Assembly: GCA_963674965.2 (NCBI GenBank)
Contig: CAXXFL010000002.1
Coordinates: forward strand, 640,001 to 704,000
Length of the DNA stretch: 64,000 bases
From: a bacterium
GTDB lineage: Bacteria; RBG-13-61-14; DATKZS01
Direction of reading: 5' to 3'
Shown here: positions 18,591-28,094 of the stretch, piece by piece
Layout of the letters: the number at the start of each line of letters is the position of its first letter
Position numbering within the stretch: position 1 is the first letter of the stretch
The notes under the pieces: model-generated
What the model was told of the DNA's origin: nothing
Databases searched by the model: none
The model's input: the letters and a program-made list of their open reading frames with translations, nothing else
Translations under genes and position numbers: made by a program

Positions 18591-19652
18591 TCAGTTTCGA
18601 GCGTTCAGAAGAAGCGTTAGATTATCCAGCGCGCGGCGGCTGATGGATTTGGGCAGCTTGATATTGACTTCCCGGCCGCCCCGTTTCGCCGGCGCGTGTA
18701 GGTGGACGCTGTGCATCGAGTCTATCCATCTGAAGGGGGCAAGTTTATCGCGCGAGTATTTCTTCCGCGTGGAGAAGCCGAAAAGACCGAGCCTTACTTC
18801 AATATAATTATTATCGACGGTCACTCGCGTTTTTAGGTAGTACTCGACGACAAACTCCGTCAAGCGTCCAAGATACGCGCCAAGTAACAGAAGATATATG
18901 ATAAAAGCGCCGAAAAGAGGGTAATTGCCCATAAGGCCGTAAAAACCGGCTTCCATGGCGTAATTCGAGAAATATGCCAGGACCGCGGCAAAAGGAACAA
19001 GTAGGCCGGCCATGAAAATGGCCGCTTTTCCATCTGGTTCCTTGCCTATAATAACCTCGAGTTTCCCCTCCTGATTGGCCACTCTGACAAATATCCCTTT
19101 TTCATTGAGAACGTCATCTCTAGCCTTCGATTGAGGTTCGAGAGCGATGCTTGCATCTTCCTTGCCATAGCCTGGGTCCATGGATGGGATCGACTGGATG
19201 GAGCTTTCGAACTTGCTCAGCATGAGTTCTCCCTCGTGTCTTATAAAGAGGGAAAGCAAGAAAGTAATACAGGAAAAGGCCGTGAGAAAAAGGACCACTT
19301 CCGCGACCGAGTTCGAATCGAAACGGGGAAAGGCCGAAGCCGCCAGCATCCATAGGGGCTCGTAGGCGATGATGGAAAGAAGCAGGGAAACGGTCGCCAG
19401 GGCTATCCCGGGACGCGCGGTAGTTCGGACGCGCGCCCCGAAGCTCGAGGTCTCGAACTCGAGGGTCACCGTGCTTACTCCGTCTTTAAAGACGACCGCG
19501 GCCCCGTCGGGAGAAACCCTGAACTCGGAGGGCCCGAGCATGGAGTATCCCCTGGGCAACCCATGTCTTCCCGCGGGAAAAGGCGGAGACGTGGGACTGA
19601 CCAACTTCCGGGTATATGTGCTGAAAATGCTATCCATGCCTGGACTGTTCAT
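18591..19652 (-). CDS. Hypothetical membrane protein (about 4 TM)
   Basis: 353-aa ORF with two pairs of hydrophobic helices; GGAG upstream; no family recognised. Confidence 0.6.
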   Translation of the reverse strand: MNSPGMDSIFSTYTRKLVSPTSPPFPAGRHGLPRGYSMLGPSEFRVSPDGAAVVFKDGVSTVTLEFETSSFGARVRTTARPGIALATVSLLLSIIAYEPLWMLAASAFPRFDSNSVAEVVLFLTAFSCITFLLSLFIRHEGELMLSKFESSIQSIPSMDPGYGKEDASIALEPQSKARDDVLNEKGIFVRVANQEGKLEVIIGKEPDGKAAIFMAGLLVPFAAVLAYFSNYAMEAGFYGLMGNYPLFGAFIIYLLLLGAYLGRLTEFVVEYYLKTRVTVDNNYIEVRLGLFGFSTRKKYSRDKLAPFRWIDSMHSVHLHAPAKRGGREVNIKLPKSISRRALDNLTLLLNARN

Positions 19653-19866
19653 CTCCTGGATCGATCGTTTCCATGCGTTTCAACTTATAGATGCTGTTCC
19701 ATGGCCCGAAGTTCCCGAAATCAAAAAGAGGTTTTTCCTCTCCAAGTTTTCCCCACCGCGTATTATTCGATAATTTTTACTTTTTTTCCAATAAGTCGCG
19801 ATCCTTAGCCATGCAATATTATAGTAGAAAGGCAGGCCCCTTAGAATCGTCGTGTCCAGGCGAGAT

Positions 19867-22302
19867 TTACACCCTGACCGTTTTGGCCAGCGCGAAACCC
19901 AGGACAAAGACGACGAGGTAAGCCGCCACGCCGGCCGTGAAAAGGGCCTGGATACCGAAACGGGCCGACCAGTAAAGGGACACGGTAACGGCGATTACGG
20001 CGCAGGTCCCCGCGACGCCGAAAAACAGTCCCGCCGCCGGGGCCCCGGCTTTCTTCTTGGCCACCTCGAGCGCGAAGGGGAAAGGAAGACCGAGCGGAGC
20101 CAGGAGAGGCAAGAGGAGCAGGAAAACAACGAAAGCCCTGGCCGAAGGAGCGAAGGGCGGCAGCTTCGAGACGGCCCATACAAGCGCCGGCTCGTAGATA
20201 AGAAGGCTGAGCGGGATGAGCGGGAAAGCCAGGTGAGGACGCTCGAGCTTCAGCCGATTCATCAAGGCCCCCGTAAAGGAAGGATATAGGAGAAAGGCGG
20301 CCACCACCACCGACAGGGAATAAAGAGGGCCGCCAAGATAGAGGTTCAGCTTCTGAACCAGCGACGTCTGAAGAAAAACGTACCCGATCTCGAGGACGAA
20401 AATATAAGCCGTCACCAAATAATAGGCCGGCTCTTTGTACCTTCCTTTCCTTGACAGGATCACGGCGAAGGGTATCCAGAACACCACCACCGTGAGAGCG
20501 AAGAAACGAAGGGCAATGCCGATATGGATAGGAAGACCCCGGTCGAACAGATAGAAAAATGGCTTGTCGTCCGTTGGCGGCTCCAGGTTGAGCGGATAAT
20601 TGGCGTAGACGGCGCTCGGGTCCTCAGCCAGGATCAGCCGCGTAAAGGGGTTGTCAAGGCCGTCCTCCCCCGGGATGTACAGTGGAAAAAGGGGCGGCTC
20701 CAACTCGGATCGGATTTCCTTAAGCTCCGAGTCGAGAAAGGGCGTCTTCTTGAAAAGCATGGTCCCGCCGTAAACGTCGTCCTGGCCGGTGGAAAAGCCC
20801 ACCACCACCACGTTCAGACTGGGATCGGGAATACCGCTTCGACGCGCGGCCTCCATGGCCGTCGAGGTTATCCGGAGTATCTCGGTGGGAGCTCTGAGGC
20901 TTCCCACCATCTTCGTGACCGCCAAAACGCCGCCGTCGGAGAGGACCTTGTAGTAGTCCACGAACCCCTCGGCCGTGTAAAGATAGCTCTCCATGAATAT
21001 GGTCGAGAAGTGGAAGGGAATATAAAGGTCAGCGAAGACAAGATTGATGAGGTCGAACTTCTCGTCCGTGAAATGAACGAAGGTCCGGCCATCCGTAACG
21101 AAAATCTCGGCCTGGTTATAGACGTTACTCGAGCGATCGGCCAGCGGCCCGGATAAAAGATCGACCACCGCTGGATTGATCTCGACCCCGACCAGGCGGC
21201 GAGGCGAGAGCGACATGGCCCGGGCCAGGTCAATGCCCCCTCCTACCCCTATGACCAGCACCCGCGGCTCATCCATGATGGTATAGGGCAAAAGCCAAGA
21301 CCGCATGGGGGACTTGTTAGCCATGGAGGAAAACCACACGTTGTTGGCGTAAAGGTGGTCCACGCTATTAAAGCTTTCCTCCGTCTCCATGACGACTCTT
21401 TCGTTCTTCACGTGATCCAGGCCGCGTGGATAAGCCAGGTCGCGCGAGGTAAGAGTCGGAGTATGGACGGCGTCGACCCTCGAGATCACGCTCCAGCGGC
21501 TCGCGAGAACGGTCGAGCCGGGAAGACGAAGCGCCTCCGTGCAAAGCTGGGCCGGCTGGTCAAGACCGGAGGAGTTGGGATTCGCCGGCGCCAGGCGAAG
21601 AACGTCGAAACGCCCCGTGAAATGATGGTAACCAAGCGCGGCCAAGCAAATCACCAATAAGGCTGAAGCTATCGCGCTCGGGGTGGACAAAAGCTTTTTC
21701 GAGTAGCGGTAAGACGCTATCACCCCGCCCGCCGCCGCGGCCGTCGCCGCCAGCATCATGCAGCTCTCGGCCCCCAGCCGGGGAAGGAAAACGTGCATGG
21801 CGGCCACGCCCAGGCCCGATCCCAGCAGGGAGAGCCCGTAAATTTTCCACGACGAGGACTGGATGTAGGAAAGGCCCGTGATCATGCCCATGAAGAAAAA
21901 AGGCAGACAACAGACGAGGGCCGCCGGAACGGCGTAAGGGACCTTGACGGTGACGAAGTAAGAGGCGAGCACCGAGGGCCCTAGAAGTACCGAGCATGCC
22001 GTCACCCACTTCCGGCTCATTCTTCCCACCATGAAGCAGACAAGGCCCGAGATTCCCAGGCCGAGCATGGCCACGGCCACCACGCTCATCTCGTGGCCCA
22101 GGACCTTGAGGAACTGGAATATCTTGGGCTCGATCATCTCGACGAAAAGGACTACCACGCTGGAGAGGAACACCAGGGACCCGGTGAGAGCGGAATCGAT
22201 TTTCTTTTCGGACTCCACGCGCGTTCCGTCCCGGCCGGCGCTTTCTTCCCCCGGCGAGGGGCCGCCGTTTCTTTTTTTATTATCGAGCATTTTGAAGATC
22301 AT
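19867..22302 (-). CDS. Membrane protein with a central spermidine-synthase-like SAM-binding domain
   Basis: N- and C-terminal TM bundles around VLVIGVGGG, VEINP, DGRTFV, FDLI, YLYT.E, PTDDKPFF. Confidence 0.8.
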   Translation of the reverse strand: MIFKMLDNKKRNGGPSPGEESAGRDGTRVESEKKIDSALTGSLVFLSSVVVLFVEMIEPKIFQFLKVLGHEMSVVAVAMLGLGISGLVCFMVGRMSRKWVTACSVLLGPSVLASYFVTVKVPYAVPAALVCCLPFFFMGMITGLSYIQSSSWKIYGLSLLGSGLGVAAMHVFLPRLGAESCMMLAATAAAAGGVIASYRYSKKLLSTPSAIASALLVICLAALGYHHFTGRFDVLRLAPANPNSSGLDQPAQLCTEALRLPGSTVLASRWSVISRVDAVHTPTLTSRDLAYPRGLDHVKNERVVMETEESFNSVDHLYANNVWFSSMANKSPMRSWLLPYTIMDEPRVLVIGVGGGIDLARAMSLSPRRLVGVEINPAVVDLLSGPLADRSSNVYNQAEIFVTDGRTFVHFTDEKFDLINLVFADLYIPFHFSTIFMESYLYTAEGFVDYYKVLSDGGVLAVTKMVGSLRAPTEILRITSTAMEAARRSGIPDPSLNVVVVGFSTGQDDVYGGTMLFKKTPFLDSELKEIRSELEPPLFPLYIPGEDGLDNPFTRLILAEDPSAVYANYPLNLEPPTDDKPFFYLFDRGLPIHIGIALRFFALTVVVFWIPFAVILSRKGRYKEPAYYLVTAYIFVLEIGYVFLQTSLVQKLNLYLGGPLYSLSVVVAAFLLYPSFTGALMNRLKLERPHLAFPLIPLSLLIYEPALVWAVSKLPPFAPSARAFVVFLLLLPLLAPLGLPFPFALEVAKKKAGAPAAGLFFGVAGTCAVIAVTVSLYWSARFGIQALFTAGVAAYLVVFVLGFALAKTVRV

Positions 22303-22479
22303 ATAGGACGGTTTCCAGACAAGTCAAACGATGAAGACGATCGCAAATATTCAAGGATAAATATATGTTTCAGATCTTTTGCCAAGCGACAATTTAACGG
22401 CGTCCATTGCCGCTGTATTCCATGATCGCCTTTTGCTATCCTGAACCATCGATATGGAGACCGGAAAAGGAAGTGAATT

Positions 22480-24075
22480 ATGAAAAGGGATATTCTCGCC
22501 GCGCTTACGGCGGCGCTATTATTTATCGCGCCCGGCGCCCGGGCCTTAGAGCTTGCCACGGGCATTGACGACCCCGTCCGCGGTCTGGACGCCTACGGCG
22601 ACGCCTGGCACTGGTGCTTCTGGCGTTCCGGCTTGGAGGCCGGCCAGATTTCCTCCCATGACGAGCGCGACCGCAACATCGACCTCATGCATTTCCACGG
22701 GGTCTATCGCGGCGATCCGGTCCTGGCCAGGATCGAGGGACCGGGCGTTCTCTACCGACTCTGGTCCGCCGGACCCACCGGTAAGCTTAAGTTTTACGCG
22801 GACGGCTCGAATACCCCCGCGGTTTCATGCGGCTTCAAGGATTACATGGTGGGAGCATGCTCCGCGGAAAGCGTTTTTTACGCGGGCCGCCACGCTAATT
22901 ACACTCCCTTTTATTTCGAGAAGTCGCTCGTTATCACGGCCAGGGGCATGAGGGCGGAGGGGGCTTATTACCAGGCCACGTACATGCGGTTCCAGGACGC
23001 GGCGGACCTTAAGACCATGGACGAGAGCATGGCCAAGGCCTACCCGGAAAAGCTCGAGAAGGCGGCAAGGTTCTGGGAGTCTCGCGGCGCCGAGCCGGCC
23101 CGGGACCCCGGCGGATATCAGGAGACGGTCGTGGCCGACTTCGATATGCTGCCTGGTAAAAGGGGGGCCGTCCGGATTGCCGGCGCCGGGCTGATAACGA
23201 AGGTCCGGGTGCTGGATGAAGACGATCCATGGTCCGAGCTTTCCGATCTCGAGATGCGGGTCTATTATGATGGCCTTTCCGAGCCGGCGGTCGATTCTCC
23301 TGTGGACGCCTTTTTCGGCAACCGCTTCGACTCGAGGGAAAAGAGCGGGCAAGGCCCCTACGAGACCCTGATGATCTGGGCCACCGAGGCGGGATACGTA
23401 AGCCGCTTTCCCATGCCCTTCGCCGATGGATTTAAACTCGAGATCGAAAACGAGGGAGATGTCCCAAGACGCGTAATGGTCGAGATCGAGTATCGCAAAG
23501 TCGACCGCCTGCCCGACGCGGCCATGCGCTTTCACGCGGAGTACCGGGAGATGGACTACCCGGACGTTCTCTCGCGTGACAAACTGCGGGGGCTTTTATA
23601 TCGAGTCGACCAGGGCGAGAACTATACCGTCCTTGACCGAGAGGGCAAAGGTTATTACGTGGGCTGTTTCCTCTACGTGGCCAGTTTGGGTACCGACTGG
23701 TGGGGCGAGGGGGACGAGATGATCTGGGTGGACGGCGACTCGATGGCCCTCATCCGGGGGACGGGAACGGAGGACGAGTTCAACTGGTCCTTCGGCTTCG
23801 AGGAAAACCGCTCGGCCCTGTCGGGCGCCCTTCAGGCGGCGCGGCCGGAAAAAGGCTCGCCCCAGTCCGCGGTGGGCCATAACGCGCTTTATCGTTTTCG
23901 TCTGGGCGACTACGTGCCCTTTCAAGAATCGATCCGAGTGACCTTCGAGCGGTGGGGATCGACCACTGAATGGATGAAGCGCTATCCCGGCGCCATGTTC
24001 AACCTGTCTCACTCTCGGGGGGACGATTATCGCTCGGTGGCCTTCTGGTACGAGTTGCCAAGTCATAAGGATTAG
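22480..24075 (+). CDS. Secreted DUF2961 (GH172-like) protein
   Basis: Signal peptide; GPGVLYRLW, FPMPF, RFHA, WWGEGDEMIWVDG, GTGTEDEFN, SVAFWY. Confidence 0.8.
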   Translation: MKRDILAALTAALLFIAPGARALELATGIDDPVRGLDAYGDAWHWCFWRSGLEAGQISSHDERDRNIDLMHFHGVYRGDPVLARIEGPGVLYRLWSAGPTGKLKFYADGSNTPAVSCGFKDYMVGACSAESVFYAGRHANYTPFYFEKSLVITARGMRAEGAYYQATYMRFQDAADLKTMDESMAKAYPEKLEKAARFWESRGAEPARDPGGYQETVVADFDMLPGKRGAVRIAGAGLITKVRVLDEDDPWSELSDLEMRVYYDGLSEPAVDSPVDAFFGNRFDSREKSGQGPYETLMIWATEAGYVSRFPMPFADGFKLEIENEGDVPRRVMVEIEYRKVDRLPDAAMRFHAEYREMDYPDVLSRDKLRGLLYRVDQGENYTVLDREGKGYYVGCFLYVASLGTDWWGEGDEMIWVDGDSMALIRGTGTEDEFNWSFGFEENRSALSGALQAARPEKGSPQSAVGHNALYRFRLGDYVPFQESIRVTFERWGSTTEWMKRYPGAMFNLSHSRGDDYRSVAFWYELPSHKD

Positions 24076-24147
24076 ACGATTCCAGCCTCCCGTTCACCCA
24101 ATATAGGCATGAAACGATAAAAATCGCGCGGGAGTGTCGCTTTGCGC

Positions 24148-25743
24148 CTATTCATAAGTGTCTATTCCCTGATATTGAGAATCGAGTCGCTCCATGTTTC
24201 GAAGGAGAATTTCATCACGCGGCAGATAATAGAGGGCTTTTTGATTTAGAAATTTTGCTCTTTTAACCCTTCCGAGTTCTTCTTGCACGGTGGAAAGTTT
24301 TAGTAAATGGCTGCAAATAAAGCCTATTTGAATTGACTTGCGATATTCTTGCACCAGCCGGTCCACCGGGAGCGAGTCTTGTTTGGGAAGGGGAAGAACG
24401 CCCTGTCTCGACAACGATTGATAAATGAGGCTTGCAAAAAGAAGTTGTGTCTCAATATCTGGATGGACCTCGTCAAGGAACAAATCGTCTCCGGGAATCT
24501 TGCCTTGAGAATAGGAACGCGTTAATTTTTCTATGTCAACAACCTTTACATAGTCTTGGTTCCGCTTGGACCTAATGCAATCGTTGACAAAACCATGGGC
24601 GCGGGCGGAAAAGTCGTCCAACTGGGCGGCCATGTGGAATTCGACGTCGGCCGCGTCGTATTGGCCCAGACCCAGGAAAGCCTTGCCCCGATAATAGCGG
24701 AGCAAGGCGTGATCGGGATGGATAATGGCGGCATTTTTAAAAGCTTCGAGAGCTGACTCGTAGTTGCCACTCTTGAGGGCCTCGTAACCCGTATTGAAAT
24801 TTGTATCAAAGCGCTGGAAGTCGAAATCTTCCCTGCCTCTGATAAAGGACGATCCCTCGGGAGCATAGTCCCTCAAATTGGATTGTACCGTGCAAAGAGC
24901 GAGCACTACTTTTTCAGTTTGGGCGGCCGCCACTATCCGGTCCAAATTATTCTGGAAATTTTTCCTGACTAATTTCCTTTCCTCCTCTTTCCAGAATGGG
25001 TCGAATTTTTCCGGTCTCTTTCCTTGCAATCTTAATTTTCCGTAATATAATTCCCGCTCTATTTGATATTTTTGGAACCTGAAATTAATCCTCTCAAAAA
25101 ACGCGCGGTAAATCATGGAATGAAGCATGGCGTCGCTGATTGATATATACAATTCAGCCTTATTATCCATGGGGTATAATCGTCGAAAAGGGCTGCAATC
25201 GTTATGTCCCATGTACACGACAATGATATCCGGCTCCAACTCCAACGCTTGAGGCATGAATTTTGACACGCCGTAGCTGGTCAAGCTGTTTATTCCGCAA
25301 TTAATGACCTCGTATTTCACCTCGGACGCGTTGAGCATTATCTCAAGCCATTTGGCAAAGGAAGCTCGGGGGCCATAAGGATATCCTACCGTCGAGGAGC
25401 CGCCCATGCATACTATTCGTTTTACTCCCGCCGGCTTGGGAACGGCATAAGAAGACAGGACGTAGTCGCGGTGAGTATAATTTCTAGGACCGAACCAGTA
25501 ATATGATTGACGAAGGTGAGTTATACCATTGCGTTTATATTTTTCGAACAGGGGAATCCGGTTGACGGGATCGAGCTTTCGAGAACAGTCTTCATACGAC
25601 AGGTCTGAAAAAATAAGGCGCATGACTATTTCAACAAGGCCAACGACTATTAAGCCGAAACCAAGCCCAAGCAATCTTCGTCTCGTTCGCTTCTGGCCAT
25701 CTTTTATGCGTTTTTCACCCAAGACGTCACCCATGCCAATCAC
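24148..25743 (-). CDS. Membrane-anchored SGNH/GDSL hydrolase-like protein with a TPR insert
   Basis: TM anchor, GGSSTVGYPY, INCG, YMGHND, DEVHP blocks; TPR helices. Confidence 0.75.
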   Translation of the reverse strand: MIGMGDVLGEKRIKDGQKRTRRRLLGLGFGLIVVGLVEIVMRLIFSDLSYEDCSRKLDPVNRIPLFEKYKRNGITHLRQSYYWFGPRNYTHRDYVLSSYAVPKPAGVKRIVCMGGSSTVGYPYGPRASFAKWLEIMLNASEVKYEVINCGINSLTSYGVSKFMPQALELEPDIIVVYMGHNDCSPFRRLYPMDNKAELYISISDAMLHSMIYRAFFERINFRFQKYQIERELYYGKLRLQGKRPEKFDPFWKEEERKLVRKNFQNNLDRIVAAAQTEKVVLALCTVQSNLRDYAPEGSSFIRGREDFDFQRFDTNFNTGYEALKSGNYESALEAFKNAAIIHPDHALLRYYRGKAFLGLGQYDAADVEFHMAAQLDDFSARAHGFVNDCIRSKRNQDYVKVVDIEKLTRSYSQGKIPGDDLFLDEVHPDIETQLLFASLIYQSLSRQGVLPLPKQDSLPVDRLVQEYRKSIQIGFICSHLLKLSTVQEELGRVKRAKFLNQKALYYLPRDEILLRNMERLDSQYQGIDTYE

Positions 25744-25863
25744 ATCCGTACTGGCAATCTCATGTTAAAAAAGGCCATCTATCGTTTCATAAGACAAACG
25801 AAGCATTTTCCGCTCCAAAGCCCTCGCCCAAATCGCTCGCCAAAATATCTATCCAGCGCCCGA

Positions 25864-27984
25864 TCACTTCTCGATTTCGTTAACGTCAGGCTCCTCCTTT
25901 GTTTCCTCGCCCTCCTCCTCGGCCTCATCGTCGGCCAGGGCGTAGCGGCTGAGTTGGCTTATGATGTCGTCGATGACCTGGACCGACTCCATCAGCTCGC
26001 CCGAGGCCTCGGAGCTTTGCATGGCGGACCTTTGCACGTCGGCCATGGCCCGGGCCATCTGGTCGCTGGCCGCCGACTGCTGGACCGTGACCTCGTCTAT
26101 CTCGCGGATCATGGAGGCGGCCTCGGAGATGGCCTTCGATATCTCCTCGAAAATGCGGGCCGTCTCCTTCATGTCGCCCCGGCCGAGCCTGACGGCCTCG
26201 ACGCCTTTTTGGGTTTCCCCCATCGACTCCGTCACCAGTTCGTGCATGCCCTTCAGGATGTCCCGTATCTGGGCCATGGCCTCGTTGGTCCCGTCCGCCA
26301 GGCGCTGGATTTCCTCGGCCACCACGCCGAAACGGAAACCGTGCTCCTCAGCCCCCGCCGCCTCGAGAGCCGCGTTCAGGGCCAGCAGGTTTATCTGGTC
26401 GTTGATCTCCGCGATGATCCCCGATATGCCGGCGATGGCGCGGGAATATTCTCCCAGCCGGGTCACGGACCTCTGGATATTGGCGACCTTTTCTCCGATC
26501 TCGATGAGGCTCCTTTCCGCCCCGTCCACCTTTTCCCGGCCCATGCTGGTCACGTGAAGGGAACCCTCGGCCGCCTGCACGATCCCGTGCGTGGTCTGGG
26601 AAATCCGGTGCGATACCTGGGCCACCTCCTGGGAGGACAAGGCCGTCTGGTGAGCGGCGGAACTTTGCTCGGCGCCCGCGTCGGTCTGAAGCCGGGCAAA
26701 AGCCAACAGCTCCTTGGACATGGTCCCCAGTCCCTTGAGGGCCTCGCGAACGTCGGACAGGATTTCCCGGCTTTTTTGAATCTCCTCTTTGAGCTGGGAA
26801 AGAAGGACCCCGCCCATGCGGTTGAAGGAGCGAGCCAATATGCCCGTCTCGTCCTCGGAGCCGGGGGTCAGGCGCATCTCGCCCGCGCCTTCCGCGATCT
26901 CTACCATCGAGTCCCGAAGTTCCCTTAGGGTCGAGGAAATGTCATACGCGATCAGAAAGCCCACGCCCACGCCGATGAAAAGAACTATCAAACCGGCCAC
27001 GCCGTAGTATCCCTTCAACTCGTTCATTACCGCGCTTGCGCTGACGGGGGGAGAAGCGGAAATTATTCTGCTTACGCCGTCGGGGGCCCGCGCCCAGGCG
27101 TAGGTCCAGCCCGTGCCCGAGTCCACGACCGTCTGACCCGCCGGCGCCGAAATAAGCTCCGTGAAGCAGCTTGCCGAGGGCTGGCGAGGCCATTCAGAAA
27201 GGCCGTCCTGTCCCCCCTTTTCGATGAAGTACTCGATCGCGCCGTCGTCGTCGCCTAATTTGGCCAAAGCCGTCTCGACGTTGGTCTTGGACAGGCGAAG
27301 GGACTCGGCCACGAGAAGCGTGTCGCGCGACTGGGCCGAGCGCCTTTCATGCTCGATCATCCGCGTGACGATGACTGAGGATAAAAGCCCGGAAAAGACC
27401 AGGATAAGGGCCACGATCAGGAAAAAGGCGCTGGTAATCTTGAAGGATATGGGCACGAAAAAAGGAGGACGAAGAGAAAGGGCCGGGGCCGTCTCCATGA
27501 TTTTAACCAGGGCTTGCCGAAGCGGCGGGCGCACCAGGTACGAGGAACCCAGTCCCATCATGACCGCCGTGGTCACCGAGCCGGCCACCAGGTAGATGAA
27601 AGTATCGAAACCAAGATCGGCGAAGGCAAGGAGTATCCAGTTGTTGATAAGGCTTACGATGAAAAATAAGGCGCCGGACCATGTCCCCAGAATATAGGGA
27701 AGAATCAGTACCCTGCGCTCGGCCACCACCCGGTCCGCCGTTCCTATCCCCTCCCCTCTTTTCAGTTTCTGGAAAAATAAGTTCACCGGGGTAAGGTGAA
27801 CTCTCAACATGAAAAGGAAAAAGATAAAGGCAAGGGGAATTAACACGGCCGTGCATTTGCCCTGCAAGGTGGCCTGACTGGCGGATAGTTGGGCAAGGGC
27901 CAGGTCGTAAAGCAAGGAAATGGGCAATACCAGCAGCACGGCCAGGACGGCTCGCAGTACTATCTTTTGGTAAAGTCCCTTCAT
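25864..27984 (-). CDS. Methyl-accepting chemotaxis protein
   Basis: Multi-TM N-terminus, HAMP (DETGILARSFNRM), signalling hairpin INLLALNAALEAAGAEEHGFRFGVVAEEI. Confidence 0.92.
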   Translation of the reverse strand: MKGLYQKIVLRAVLAVLLVLPISLLYDLALAQLSASQATLQGKCTAVLIPLAFIFFLFMLRVHLTPVNLFFQKLKRGEGIGTADRVVAERRVLILPYILGTWSGALFFIVSLINNWILLAFADLGFDTFIYLVAGSVTTAVMMGLGSSYLVRPPLRQALVKIMETAPALSLRPPFFVPISFKITSAFFLIVALILVFSGLLSSVIVTRMIEHERRSAQSRDTLLVAESLRLSKTNVETALAKLGDDDGAIEYFIEKGGQDGLSEWPRQPSASCFTELISAPAGQTVVDSGTGWTYAWARAPDGVSRIISASPPVSASAVMNELKGYYGVAGLIVLFIGVGVGFLIAYDISSTLRELRDSMVEIAEGAGEMRLTPGSEDETGILARSFNRMGGVLLSQLKEEIQKSREILSDVREALKGLGTMSKELLAFARLQTDAGAEQSSAAHQTALSSQEVAQVSHRISQTTHGIVQAAEGSLHVTSMGREKVDGAERSLIEIGEKVANIQRSVTRLGEYSRAIAGISGIIAEINDQINLLALNAALEAAGAEEHGFRFGVVAEEIQRLADGTNEAMAQIRDILKGMHELVTESMGETQKGVEAVRLGRGDMKETARIFEEISKAISEAASMIREIDEVTVQQSAASDQMARAMADVQRSAMQSSEASGELMESVQVIDDIISQLSRYALADDEAEEEGEETKEEPDVNEIEK

Positions 27985-28094
27985 GTTAATGGCAATTCCT
28001 CGAAATATTGATTCCTTCCTGGCCGATGGTCGGCTTTTTGCCTTCCCAATTCATGATGAGGGAATAGGTATCCATTTTTTCCTTATCTATCCAG

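Noticed and set aside
27985..28094. Possible c-di-GMP riboswitch upstream of the MCP
   Set aside because: Only a GGCAAA fragment and a short stem; the two-hairpin architecture is not evident
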